From: Lama glama
Lineage: Eukaryota
Assembly (NCBI GenBank): GCA_028534125.1
Contig: CM052817.1
Coordinates: 67,644,001-67,708,000, forward strand
Length of the DNA: 64,000 nt
Direction of reading: 5' to 3'
Made by a program: the position numbers and the translations under genes
Notes under the pieces: model-generated
Database searches by the model: none
Seen by the model: only the letters and a program-made list of their open reading frames with translations
Told to the model about the DNA's origin: nothing
Shown here: piece by piece, positions 1 through 12,274 of the stretch
Layout of the letters: the number at the start of each line of letters is the position of its first letter
Numbering within the stretch: position 1 is the first letter of the stretch

Positions 1-2
1 TA

Positions 3-277
3 ACAGGAAGTGGGGACTGATATGGATTATCAGTTGGAGTGTGGGACACAGGTGCTTCTGCAATTTGGTTATTAAATATTATTAACATCATTCTAAGTTA
101 TAAGCTGCAATTGGGAGTAAGTTAGTAGTAATTTTATTTTTATTTTTTTTACCACAGTTTTGTATTGTGTACAGCTAATTTAGTGAATGCACTGGCCCAG
201 GCTAAAATGCATGAAGGGAGGAAAGAGCAGGAATCTTCCCTTGAAAACAGGGAAGCAGAACTTGATGAGGACATAAG
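3..277 (+). pseudogene. Collagen-like relic block
   Basis: 6-65: GSG-D*Y-GLS-VGV-WDT-GAS-AI (GAC, GTT, TGG, GCA are each 1 nt from Gly). 242-277: *KQ-GSR-T**-GHK. Confidence 0.75.
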
Positions 278-287
278 CTGTTTCTCT

Positions 288-646
288 GCTGCCTCAGTCC
301 ATGCAGGCTGCTATAACAAAATACCATAGTCTGGGTAACTTATAAACCATAAATTTATTTCTCACAGTTCTGGAGGCTGAGAAGTCTAAGGTTAAGGTGT
401 CAGTGGATCTGGTATTTGGTGAGATGTCTGCCCCACTTCCTGGCTCACAGATGGACATCTTTTTCACTGTGCCCTCACATGGTGGAAGAGGGGAGGGAGT
501 TCTCTGGGGTCTTTTACAAGAGCACTAATCCCATTCATGAGAGCTCCACCTTCATGACCTAGGAACCTCCCAATGGCACCACCTCCTAATACCATTACAT
601 TTTGACATTTGAACTTTGAAGAGACACAAACATTCAGACCATAACA
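288..646 (-). mobile_element. MaLR LTR (MLT1A-like)
   Basis: Typical motif ggctgctataacaaaataccatag...tttctcacagttctggaggct...cagaccataaca. Confidence 0.85.
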
Positions 647-702
647 CCTGTGGTCATAACTTTACCTCTTGTTTCTTAATTTTTTGCTTCTGTCATCTTT
701 TG

Positions 703-758
703 AGACCTATAGGCCCTCACTGCGTGCCTGCATTACAATATGAAAGAGTCACAATCTA
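703..758 (+). pseudogene. Collagen-like relic block, cut by SINE
   Basis: RPI-GPH-CVP-ALQ-YER-VTI; AGA, TGC, GCA, GTC are each 1 nt from a Gly codon. Confidence 0.7.
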
Positions 759-760
759 GG

Positions 761-866
761 GGGAAGGATATATATAGCTCAGTGGCAGAATACATGCTTA
801 GCATGTATGGGGTCTGGGGTTCAATCCCCATTACCTCCATTAAAATAAGTAAATACATTTTTTTTA
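761..866 (+). mobile_element. tRNA-derived SINE (camelid vic-1-like) with 18-bp TSD
   Basis: A box tagctcagtgg, B box ggttcaatccc; TSD aaagagtcacaatctagg at 743-760 and 867-884. Confidence 0.9.
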
Positions 867-889
867 AAAGAGTCACAATCTAGGCTGGT

Positions 890-1140
890 AATAACAACAA
901 CCATGAATTGAACACCTGTTACGGGCCAAATACCGTGACAGCATTTTCCCAAAAGTAAGTCCATACAACCCATAGTCCTCACAACAATCCTGCAAGATGA
1001 GTGTTATTATCTCCATTCTACGTGCAAGGAACCTAAGATTCAGAGAGGGTAAATTATTGACCAACAGACATACAGTGTTAGGTAGCAGAGCTTCAAACAC
1101 AGGATTGTCTGCTTCCAAAGTCAATTTTTCTCATACTGTG
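890..1140 (-). mobile_element. MIR SINE
   Basis: Core motif ctcacaacaatcctgcaag...attatctccattcta...aggaacctaagattcagagaggg. Confidence 0.8.
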
Positions 1141-1364
1141 TTTTATATCGTTCCTTCTAGCAAAATTATAAAGACTGTCAAGCATTCCCTGAGAGTCAGT
1201 GTGTCTCCTCCATTCCTGCCACTTCTTACTTTAATAAAACAAGCAGCCTTTTCCCACCATTGACTTTAAATCCCGGTTATTTTAATATGGTTGTTTGCTA
1301 GTACAATAATAATTACAACAACAACCCCCACATACGACTAATCAAGATGTGTTTTCATTTCTTA

Positions 1365-1660
1365 CAAGAGAAATAGCTCTGGAATTGAGAACAACAGACT
1401 GGGAGGGCCCACGTATAACTGGAAAAGGAGATTTAGATGAAGATAAAGGTGACAATTTAAAAAATTATTAACACTAGGAAGGAAACATTTCTCAGGTCAT
1501 CCAAGAGTTAGCCTACTTAAAAGTGATAAGATAGATTTCTTAGTAAGTCAGACAAAAGAAACTCTGGATTTTGGACAGGAAGTGATGTACAGAGGTTTAG
1601 ATACCCACGGAAGTCAGTAAAGACTTGTAGCTGGATTCTGCATCTAACTTCTCCACCTAT
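1365..1660 (+). pseudogene. Collagen-like relic block
   Basis: Single frame from 1381: GIE-NNR...WKR-RFR-*R*-R*Q...GRK-HFS-GHP-RVS-LLK-SDK...SQ*-RLV-AGF-CI*. Confidence 0.75.
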
Positions 1661-1859
1661 TGTTTCAGATTAATTTATAGCTAATATCATAAGGTCATTT
1701 TTGTCATACCCCAAAGTGTTATTTTTCAAATCTGAGTAATGTATTCTTCCCTTTTAAAAAGGGAAACAATAATCGTGGAGGCTCGTTTTTCATATTACTT
1801 AAATGTAAATTTTTTATGCTTGAAAAAAATAAAATTAATAACACAATAAATCTATGCAG

Positions 1860-2000
1860 TAGATACAGTCAAAGCTATGGATATAATCAAATTAAGTTAT
1901 AAAGTTAATTTAATATGATAAATGATGCCCCTTTAGTGAAACCAAAGGATTAGCATTATAAATGGTAGATGATATACCCTCAGATCTGGTTCACATGTTA
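1860..2000 (+). pseudogene. Collagen-like relic block
   Basis: From 1938: ETK-GLA-L*M-VDD-IPS-DLV. Confidence 0.55.
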
Positions 2001-2192
2001 ACTATTTACGTATGTTGAATTCAGTAATATTAATGCAGATAAATGCCTTTTTAACTTAAATATGCAACATATAATGGAATTACTAGTGTTAAGGTTTTTT
2101 TAATACTTCAAGATAATCAGAACTTACATTTAACCAAAGCTACAACAATCTATTTTCACATGCCAATGTAAATAACTCTATAAAAATGACTA

Positions 2193-2695
2193 CAGATCTT
2201 CCTCAACTTACAGTGGGGTTATATCCCAATAAACCCGTTGGAAGCTGAAAATGTCTTAAGTCAAAAATGCATTAAATAGACCTGACCTACAAAACATCAT
2301 AGCTTAGCCTAATCTACCTCAAACATGCAAAAACACATCAGCCTACAGTTAAGCAAAATCATCTAACACAAAGCCTATTTCACAGTGAAGTGTGAATAGT
2401 GTTGAAATTTATTGAATTCTGTACTGAAAATGAAAACCAAAATGGTTGTGTGGGGACAGGATGGTTGCAGGTGTGTCAGCTGATACCCTCCTGGCCGCGC
2501 GGCTGTCTCGGAGCTGCGGCTCAGTGCCCTGCCCAGCATCACAAGAGAGGATCCTACCGAGTCTCACCTGCTAGCTCAGGAAAAGATCAAAATTCAAAAT
2601 TTGAAGGACAGCTTCTACTAAATGCATATCACTTTCACACCATCATAAAGTCAAAAAATCGTTAAGTCAAACTGCTTTAAGTTGTGGACAGTCTG
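2193..2695. mobile_element. Tigger5/MER47-like DNA transposon
   Basis: Inverted ends cagatcttcctcaacttac ... ttaagttgtggacagtctg, preceded by TA; internal MER47-type motifs. Confidence 0.85.
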
Positions 2696-3379
2696 CAATT
2701 TAACTGAAGATAAAACGAGTATTATGGAATATGAATTATGATTAGTTTGGCAATAAAGATAAAAACACCAGTGGCTTGAATTGTTATAGAGTTCCTAATA
2801 TTTTCATCATTAAAGAAGTTTAGGAATAGGCAGCCCACGACTAAGGTAGGAAAGCCATGATGTCATTCCGAATCCAGGCTTCTGTATTTCTGCCCCTCAA
2901 TCGTGTCTTCCATTTTTAAGGTCAGCCTATTGTCCATGGAGCTCAAGCTGGAATTCCAATCATCACAACCTCACTGAAGGCAAAAGCGAGAGCAAATGCA
3001 AAGGGGGAAGAAAAAGATTCCTCCCCACTGAGTCAGTCCCCTTTAAACAGTCTTGCCATAACTTCAACACAGTATATATTTCCACTTAACGTTTCACTCA
3101 CCTAAGCTTAATCATACGGCCATACCAAGTAGCAAAGAAGAGAAATAAAGATTTGTTCGTTTTGGTTTCCAGGCAGCAGTGTGCCTGGGTGTGTTACTAG
3201 GGTAAAAGAAGAATATGGATATTGGAGTAGGCAACCTTAATCTTTGCTGCATGTTGTATCTTTAAAGTCTGCATTTAAAAAATCTAATGCTGTTCTTAAC
3301 ATAATCAGGAACACTTACATTCACTGCCAATAAACTACTGCTATTTGGTATACACAAAGATGACATCCTCTGGGTCTAT

Positions 3380-4264
3380 GTGAAATAGTAGGGGGGAAAA
3401 AAGTATATATATATGTCTCTGCTGCCAGTTCATGACACAGAGCTCCTAAAACCCTTCTAATTTCCTAAGTGATAAGAGCACTAAGGGTATCTTTTGTTCT
3501 AATATTTGGTTTGTTATCTTGGTTCCTGACACAGAGCTCCTAAATCCCTTGGTATTTCCTGGGTTATAGGAATGTCCTTCATGGTAATGAGGCTACTCTT
3601 GGTGGACTTGTGGACAACTTCAGGATGGCGACTGGTCACCAGAAAGAACAAACCATAATTAGAAGCTGGAAACTTTCAGCCTTTGGGAAGGGGGAGGGGG
3701 CTGGAGATTGAGTTAATGATTGATCATGCCTACATGATGAAGTCTCTATAAAAATTGCTAAAGTATGGGGTTTGGTGAGCTTCTGGGTTGGGGAATACAT
3801 CACATGCTAGGGTGGCACACCCCAGCTCCATGGGGACAGGAGCTCCTGTGATCATGATTCTCTCAGACCTCACCCTATGTGTCTTTCATCTGTCTGCTTA
3901 TCTGTCACCTTTACCTAATAAGCTGGAAAACATAAGTAAGGGCTTCCCTGAGTTCTGTGAGCCATTCTAGCAAATTATAGGACCTAAGGAGGGGGTCATG
4001 GGAACCCCATTCATAGTTTGGTCAGAAACACCAAGGACAACCTGGTACTTGCCATTGGTGTCTGAAGTTGGAGAAGTCCTGTGGGACTGAGCCCTTAACA
4101 TGTGGGGTTGATGCTAACTTGAGGAAGAGACGGAAGGGGCTGAACCGAAGTGTATGTCACCGAGCTGGTATCACAGAATTACTTGGTGTGGGGACATCAC
4201 ACATCTGGTGTCAGAAGTGTTGTGTTTGTGAATAAAGGAAATACACAGAAGTATTTTTCCTACA
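3380..4264. mobile_element. MER21-like LTR
   Basis: Duplicated tgacacagagctcctaaa motif and typical MER21 body. Confidence 0.75.
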
Positions 4265-4830
4265 AGGTTGTATGTCTATTTACAATACAAAAACGGTAAG
4301 ATCTCTATGGTGCAGGTGATTTGTGTTCCACTTGCTTAAACTCTTCCAGGCAAAGTGATGACTTGCTTCTACCATCATTTTTCTCTTCTAAAACTCCATC
4401 AAAATCTCTGTTCATACAACACAATGACAGTTTTCAATGTCTAATATAGCCTCCAGCAACCTCAGGAATCAAAATTTTCTCTTTTTTATAGAGGAAGAAT
4501 CTGAGGTTTAGAGAAATTAGACAGCTTGCCTGAGGTCGTGTAACTAAACCCAGACCTGGACCCGATGCAGGTGCTGTGCCTCCTCCGGTCTCCTCACGAC
4601 AATCCAGATATCTGAGCAAAGCTCCCTTGGCAGAGAATCCCTTCTTCATACCTAGGGATCTACTTAACACCTTGCATGGCTATGAAAACTTAGTGACTTT
4701 AAAGAATGAACCTTTTTCTCAGCACTGCAATTTCAAGGCATCCCATGGTACCAGGTAGAGTGAGTGCCACTCTAACACTTACAGTGATGGAGGGTCACAT
4801 TGTTGATGGTGAATATATAACGAGTTTTAG
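4265..4830 (+). pseudogene. Collagen-like relic block (MIR fragment inside, ~4470-4590)
   Basis: 4315: GDL-CST-CLN..LP-GKV. 4678: GYE-NLV-TLK-NEP-FSQ..NFK-ASH-GTR-*SE-CHS-NTY-SDG-GSH. Confidence 0.7.
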
Positions 4831-4854
4831 AAATTATTATAGAAAAATGTCTTA

Positions 4855-5095
4855 TCATTGTGGTTAAGAACATTAATTCTAGATCCACACCACGTGGTTT
4901 TGAATCATAGTTCCAAACTTACTGGCTATGTAATTTTCACCAGGTTAACCAACCTGTGCCCCATTTACCTCATCTGCAAAATGTAGGTAATAACAGTAAC
5001 TATACTGCAAGGTTGCTGGAGGATAAATGAGTTAATACATAACACTTGAAATAGTTCCTGACACAGAAATACTATAGTGCTGCTATCATTAGTAG
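4855..5095 (+). mobile_element. MIR SINE
   Basis: gtggttaagaac...cctcatctgcaaaatgtaggtaataacagta...ataaatgagttaatacat. Confidence 0.85.
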
Positions 5096-5139
5096 TAACT
5101 GTATTATTAGTACTAATATTATTATTATAGTCATTCTAC

Positions 5140-5720
5140 AGAGGCAGCAAAAGGAAACAATTTTCCATAAGTGGGAATACTCTAATGTGAGGGTCACAAA
5201 GAATAAGTAATTTAGAGAATCATAGAAAATGGAAATGTACCTGAGAATCATGTAGACCCTAAATCAAATAAGGTCTCAGATCCATCAGTTATTTTGGATA
5301 GAGACTTGTCCTTAGCTGGCAACAGAGAAAATGAAATTGGTCTTTTTTTAAATTCAGCTATGGTTCAGTTTAGCAAAATAATTGATTTTTTTTTACTCAA
5401 ACTCCCAGGTTCACATGAGAAATCACGACAACTGCCTGCAAGAGGAAAAGAAGGGAATAAACTTTCAGTTTGGGTGGGGGAAGGCAGAGGAGCCCCCACA
5501 CATTTGGGAAAGGAAGGAACTATTAATGCAGAGGCACGTGGGCAAGAAAAATAAACAGAGGGACTTGACCATCGTTCGCCCCAAGTGGGATTTTCTTGAG
5601 CATCTTCCTACTTCTGACTGGCCTTCTGTTATCCTCTTATATTTGCTCTTCCCTGTACCTCCTGATTCACTTGAAATTTCTTTTTTCAATCTGATGTCAT
5701 ATGTGCCTATCTTATAATAG
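5140..5720 (+). pseudogene. Collagen-like relic block
   Basis: 5173: GNT-LM*-GSQ-RIS-NLE-NHR-KWK-CT*-ESC-RP*-IK*-GLR-SIS (13 triplets in register). ORF 5294: KLP-GSH-EKS-RQL-PAR-GKE-GNK...GAP-THL-GKE-GTI. ORF 5382: RHV-GKK-NKQ-RDL-TIV-RPK-WDF. Confidence 0.85.
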
Positions 5721-6621
5721 TCCATAGAGAAATAATAAGTTCAACAAATGAATTTAGAATGTATCCCCCTTCTCTGCATGATAAGCAGTAAAGGATAGTT
5801 CCAGTCTTCGCTGAATAAAACAAAGTACAATAATCATGCAAAAATAATTACTGAAAGAAAAAATATATTTTTGAGTCGTAATATAAAAAGTGTCTTCTTT
5901 CCTGTTTTCACACAGATACATGTAGGCATAAGACTTCCTGGGAGGGGATCTTAGAGTTCACCTCCTCCCCTTTTCCAAAGGGAGAAAAAAAAAACAATTA
6001 AAAAAAAATCTTTGGAACCAAAAACAAGAAATTGCAGAGAAACAAAAGCAGTTATGCATGAGGATCCCTAGCATGGTTTGACTTACTTGGTAAAACTTTA
6101 AGACTGGCATATATGCATGACTGACACCTGCAAAACTTACTTTAAAACTTGTTCTTTATGTAGTTAAACTGGTAATTCCTATTAAGTTCATAGGAAGCTG
6201 CAACTCCTTTTCTTCCTCAAACCCAGCACATCAAACATGCCAACAGGTGGATGTGAGTCCTTGTGCAAGGTAACTGACAGGGTTCAACAAAGGATTCTGC
6301 CTTTTGCCGTGAAGTGTATGCATTACTAAAAGGAGTCATGAGCTATCAGGCAGGATAACACCAGATGAAAAGCCCAGAAAGAGAAAGAATGGTGGGGACA
6401 AAGCAACGTGATATAATTGCTGCGGGTCCCAAACCCTTGTGCCCTCCAAGCCTGCACAACGGACTCTCTGCACCCTCCCTGACTGAGAAGTCCTGACCTC
6501 CTCTGGACCTTGGCACACGCGTGGATGCCAGGGACGCATTTTGTGTGGTTAATGCAATTATCCAAACTCCACCTCACCGTCTCTCTCGTTTCTGTCTGAC
6601 CATTTTCTAGCACAGCAGCAC

Positions 6622-6639
6622 CCCCACTAGAGGGCAGGA
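6622..6639 (+). promoter_or_regulatory. CTCF-like motif
   Basis: ccactagagggcag (6624-6637) closely matches the CTCF core; motif only, no binding data. Confidence 0.45.
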
Positions 6640-6956
6640 AAGGGCACAAATAACCAATAGAACTCCATTAACCAAGTTCATAAAGTTCTGACAGTGAAGG
6701 ATAAAAATTAAGAACTTCTTTTGTCTACAGGGCCTGTGGTCCTAATTAACATACATAATGGAGAACGAACCCCACTTGAGTCCCAGAGTCACTTAAAAAA
6801 ATTCAAAATTCTAATTTTGTGACTGACTCAAGCTTCTCCCAGCAGTTATTTTATTTGGTAAATTTGCTTTTTCCTGGACTCATCATAATACCCTTGAGTA
6901 TGCTCTCCTATATATGAATGCAAGACCACTCACATTGTGTGACAAACTGATTGAAA

Positions 6957-6991
6957 TTTTTTGTTTTGTTTTTTGGGGGTGGTGGGGGTAA

Positions 6992-7022
<31 letters not shown>

Positions 7023-7103
7023 TTAATGAAGGTACTAGGGATTGAACCCAGGACCTCTTGCATGCCAAGCATGCAATCTACCACTGAACTATACCTTCCC
7101 CCT
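6957..7103 (-). mobile_element. tRNA-derived SINE (vic-1-like)
   Basis: Reverse B box gggattgaacccagg, A box ccactgaacta, (gatt)n and T-rich tail; attgaa on both flanks. Confidence 0.9.
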
Positions 7104-8939
7104 CCTTATTGAATTCACTATATCTCTCATCCATTCAAGGAAAAGGGGGACAGTATTTTAAAAAAATTTTTTTGAATACTTTTTCATAAACAAGTCCTAA
7201 GATTGAAAAGAGTGAACAAAGTTTTGCTGCAAATAATATACTGACCTCAGCTCAGCACAGTATGTAGCCTATGACTGACTATCCAGGTATGACAGGAATA
7301 AAAACAAAAAAGCTAAAATTGCAGTTTTTATTTTTTGGATCCCAAAGCTCTTGTTCTACTACTCTCCACTCCTCACAATGATACTATTCAAATTATAAAA
7401 CTGCATATTTTAGAACTTACTCCAAGTTAATCTAAGTATGAAATATTTGTGCAGCTTTGATAGGCTGAAAACAAATGGTGTCCTTAATTCCGGGGTTGCA
7501 TTTTTTTTAAATTTATACTATGTGAGCTCTTAGGGAATATAGATTCACTGCCCTTTCTCTGTAATATGCAAGTGCTGTTTCTATTCTGGGAATTTCTCGT
7601 GAGTTAACAGCCATATTGTCACATATGGTTGCCTTTCCACCTAGTAGTACTGAGGGTTAAGTTCCTACTGATTTCTGTGACTGGGGTTTGAGATTTGAGT
7701 TTTTGTGGGTTTTGTTTTTTTTTAAGGTCAAGTGTATTTTATCTGAGAGGTCAAGGTGTGGCAGTGCAGCTGTGGTCAGGGCATCCCCAGCAGGAAGAAG
7801 GTATGTAACAACACGCTGCGTCCACAGAACCAAGCCCAAAGAGAAACTACAATTAGCTTTTGCTGCTTTTCTGCAGAATCTGTATTTGCATTTTAAATTA
7901 CATTTTGGTGTACTCATTTTCATCTTACTTTTGGCTTTTAAAGCTGGAACAGAGTCTCCTGACAAAAACACTGCCTAAGATTGGCATTTATTAGGGGGGA
8001 AAAAAAACACATCCACACGATATTTTTTTTTCTAAAATATTCCTTTGAGATTAGTTACTTCAGAAAGTCATGTTGACAGGCAGATGGAGAGAAAGATGCA
8101 AGATGGTTTCTGAGATTCTAGGAATCTCAAAGCTTGAATTTCCATTTCAATATTTCAATTCCTTGCTAGTCAGTGAGTTTCTCTAGCTCACTATATTAAA
8201 ATGTGTACGATAGTAACATACATTATACCTGCTCTCCTGATATGTGCTGACAATTACATAGTTTATCACACCAACAATTTTATTGAAATCAAATCAAACT
8301 TCTTGTCTCTTAAATACTTGCAGAGATGTCCTTTCCACAAATTTGTGAAGCTGTGTTCCCTTTCCCCTTGGTTAGCCTAAATACTACTGACTAGAAACAA
8401 CCTTCTCCTTAAGCGATCACTGGGTGTCAAATGTAAAACAAAACAGACACTCACATGGACTGGATTGTGGGCTCGTTCTCACTTCCTTGAAGGGAGCCAA
8501 TGCCTCCGCATTAAATGATTAACACATTTGGCATTCTTGTAGACTCTGTGGTCAATGACTTTACGGACAGATAAACCAAAAAGAGTATCTTACTTTTCAT
8601 TTTATTACTAAGGGACAGATACTGAAAAACTGAAGACTGAGCCAGGTGCCAAGCAGAGCAGGGTGTGGGGGAGATAGAGAAATAGTATAACCAAACTGTC
8701 AGTTTTCTAAAGGAGACATTAACAGGGAAATGTGCAGTGCAACCGACTCAAGTGAACTTCAAGGTACTGATATTGTGGGGTATTTCTAATTCTCTGCAAT
8801 TCTAGAGAATTCTAATTTCCTATGTCTTATTGTTTTATGTCTGAATACATCCTAGTCTCTTTTTCTAGCATTCAGTGGTTTCTTGCAGTAGTTTATTGTG
8901 GTACAATAATAACAAAACCCTTTAGGTTTGAAGCACGTT

Positions 8940-10270
8940 TACATGCATTCATTAAGAAATATGTATTGAATATCAAAGGCATTAGGGGTGCATTTGTGAA
9001 AAACACAGATAAAACCCTTGGTCTCAGAAGTTTATATGCGAGTTAGCTAAAGAATCAGTAAGTAGGAAATCAACAAATGAACAAAATCATTCCAGACAGC
9101 TCCAAGCATTACGACAAAGAAGGAACTGTGATAAACTAGGATGCTGTCGGAGAGATGTGGCAAATTGAAAGTGAGTGATCTGAAGACCTAACTGCACTCT
9201 GACACTTGAGCTCCATGACAAGGAGATAATGATGAAAAGGTCGGGGGTCAGAGTTTGAGCAGAGGGTACAGCAAGTGCCAAGGTGCCAGCATAGAAAAAG
9301 CCTGACATTCAGAGAAGCTGGTGAGGCTGCGGAACAGTAAGGAAAAGGAAAATGGCAGGGGATAAACTCAGAAAGAAAGGCAGGAACCACCTTTTTTGAA
9401 CTTTGAAGCTACTGGGCTATCTATTTCTGTGAAATTGTCCCCAAAATGTAGTGGGTTAAAACAAAGATTACATTTTGCTCACAATTTGGAGACCAGGAAG
9501 ATGGGAAAGTTTCTTCCTGGCAATTTGTCTGATACATACGGTACTCGCTGGGGCAGCTGAAACTGGGGACCCTCTCTTCGTAGGGGATTTCTTCATTCAA
9601 CGTCTGGTGCCTCAGTACTCCCTTGCCTCTCTCTCCATGACATCTCACATTCTCGGCCTCTGCAAAGGGCTTGTTATTCTCACAAGTTGGCCTCACGGCT
9701 CTCTCATGGCAGGCAGACTTCGTACATGAAGACTGGCTTCTTCCAGAGCCAGCCCTGACTCAAGCATCAGCATTCCTGATGACCACTCTTGAAGTCTCAG
9801 AACATGACTTCTACCATTTTCTGTTGCTCAAACAAAGCTGTGAGGCCAGCCTAGATTCAAAGGGAGGAGCATCAAAGAATTTGTGCCATCTTGAGTCTGC
9901 CACAGAGGCCATGGAAGTCTTCTGCAGTTAATGCTAAGTAGAATGGGAAGCTACTGGAGGCTTTAAATACGGAAATGACACGATTTTATTTTTAGTTTGA
10001 AAAGATCATTTTGGCTGCCAGACAGAGAATGCAATGAATGGGGGTGGGGGGACAAGCGAAAAAGCAGAGAGATTAGTTAGAAGTCATCACAGTTGTCTGG
10101 ATGGTCTATGATGGAATGGTAGCAATGGAGCAGGAAAGGGGTGAGAAATATGGTGGCCACTGTGAGGGACCTGCAGTTGGATAGGTCTGAGGGAGAAGAA
10201 AAGAATCAGGAAGGCTGAAGATTTTATTGGGGAACCGACTTGACAGTGGTACTATTTACTAAGGAGGAAA
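8940..10270. mobile_element. L2 LINE fragment with nested MLT1 LTR (~9420-9905)
   Basis: L2 3' motifs (cattcattaagaaatatgtattgaat; aaagatcattttggctgc) either side of a MaLR-like LTR. Confidence 0.7.
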
Positions 10271-11880
10271 GGGGTAAAATGATGTACATGTCTCATATGA
10301 TTGTCCAGTAGATCTCTGGGGGAGCTGCATGGATGCCTGTTTTCCCCAATCTTTTGTCAGATGAGAACAATGGGCTTCCTAGAGAAAAGGAAAGAAAAAG
10401 GAGGAGGGAAGGAAAAGCAGGAAGGAGAGAAGGAAATAAAGGGACTTTCCTGAAACAATTACCAGCATAATGAGAATGGGTCTAGAATTAGCTATGATAT
10501 CTAGTCAACACAGCTTCCCATTCTACAACATAGTTAACTGTCAATCACTAGCACAACAAGGAGAGTTTTAAATTATTATTTATTCTCATTTTAAACCTAC
10601 TCGAAGGCTATTTCTTTCTGGGTAGAAGAGAAACAGTGAAGAGGAACACAAGCAGAAGTTTTGTTCTTAGCAATTACAAAATTTAAAGTGAGAGGGCAAT
10701 CTTTTTGAGGCTCACTACATTTAGGTCGAATTGATTTTGATTTTATGTCTGTTAAATATCACCTGCTACATATAATTTTTTAAGTTGAATTGAGAATCAA
10801 AGTGAATAGAGAAAAACTGTGACCCAGTGGGAAGGTTCTGGAGGTTCTTCTCCTTTTTTCTGCCTTTGACACTAAACAACTATATGAAAATTTCTTAAAG
10901 TCTGTGCTTCAATTTCCTTGTCACCAAATTATTATTTTTAATAGCCTTGTCATGGACATATAATGAGGAAAATGTTGGGGAAAAGGTTTTTATGTACTTA
11001 AAAATACTTTATTATTATTACTGTGAATTCTTCCCAAAACAAAATTAATTTAAAATTTTAATTCTCTATTACTCAATTTTTAAATATCTAACATACTGTG
11101 ACTCTTTGTAAGTAGAGTCCTTTTACTGCCCCCTCTCTAAGCCACGTAAATCAGCGTGCAGTACATAAAAGAATTTTGCCAAATCAGTCATCATGTATGA
11201 AAACCCACGACGTGGTTAAGAAAAGAGGCGTTCTGTGAGCATTTTAGTCACTAAGACTGTCAGGGACCTTCATTACAACAGCATAACTATTAGTCAAATT
11301 TTGATAGCCACTGATAATTGCTTTTCTCTCCCAACCCCTTGCTTTTTATTGACTTGTTTGCCACACTCAGTGCCTCCTATTTGGTGAGAGCCTGGGGCAC
11401 TGTGCTAATACACAGACACACACGAAGCCCAAGACACGTTTCCACTCTTAGCAATGTTCCTTTACCCACACGTGAATGTTGATTGGGCTTGTTTCCGTTC
11501 TGAGGGAGAACAAGAGTACAGGAGTGCTATCTGAATAATCATTTGGTGATGTGGTCTGAATTTCATATTCCTCAGCAGAAACAAGTCAGAAACATCAAAA
11601 GTGTTTGGATTTTTTCTTTTTTACCAATAGTCTCCTGTTGGATCTCAAAATTGCGCTGTGTATAGATGAGGATGGAAGTAGCTCTAAATATGAAAAGGCC
11701 AGATCGTTTCTCTCCTACTTGTTCTGGGAAACTGATCTAACTGATTTGGAAATGCTTAGGTAATGGCAGGTTTAGAGAACTCTGCTGAATGTCTAAATAA
11801 GCTTTCTGATTATTCAAAGATTTAATGAATGTTTCTGAGAAACTGCAGCCAAAAGACCTTTGGATTTCAGTGTGAGCAAA
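10270..11880 (+). pseudogene. Collagen-like relic blocks (AT-rich/MIR-like spacer ~10850-11120)
   Basis: CQM-RTM-GFL-EKR-KEK; 10784-10837 VEL-RIK-VNR-EKL-*PS-GKV (all first codons 0-1 nt from Gly); RSE-GEQ-EYR-SAI-*II; DLM-NVS-EKL-QPK-DLW. Confidence 0.75.
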
Positions 11881-12274
11881 ATTCAGTCAGACATTCCACT
11901 AGTGTCATCCTTCTTAAAATTCAAATTAAATAACCAACGTTCCAAAGCATAAAATTCCAAATGCATTCTTTCCCTTCAAAACACTTCTCTCTCCTTCAGA
12001 TATCACTAATTCTGTTAAAGGCATGAGCATTCTCATCTCCCTCTGCATTTGAAACCTCAGACCCCCCCCCCCCTTGCCCTGTAAGTCAGCCCTCACACGG
12101 ACAATTCCACTGGTCTCCCAACCTTCCTGGGCCTATGATCATTTCTTTCATGCCCACTAAATCATCCTACAAGGTCTCTTTGCATATTACAATTCTGAAA
12201 TAAAACTTGGTTGTTACACTATGCTAAATACCTTTTCAGTGTTCACCTGTTGACAACAAAATAAACACAGTACA

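Larger units (their letters stand above)
5916..8830 (+). pseudogene. Long collagen-like relic block (SINE inside)
   Basis: Follows acceptor-like ttcctgttttcacacag (5915). Examples: GTK-NKK-LQR-NKS; GPW-HTR-GCQ-GRI; GRK-GHK-*PI-ELH; DYP-GMT-GIK; SER-SRC-GSA-AVV-RAS; GEK-DAR-WFL; RSL-GVK-CKT; GLD-CGL-VLT-SLK-GAN-ASA. Confidence 0.8.
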
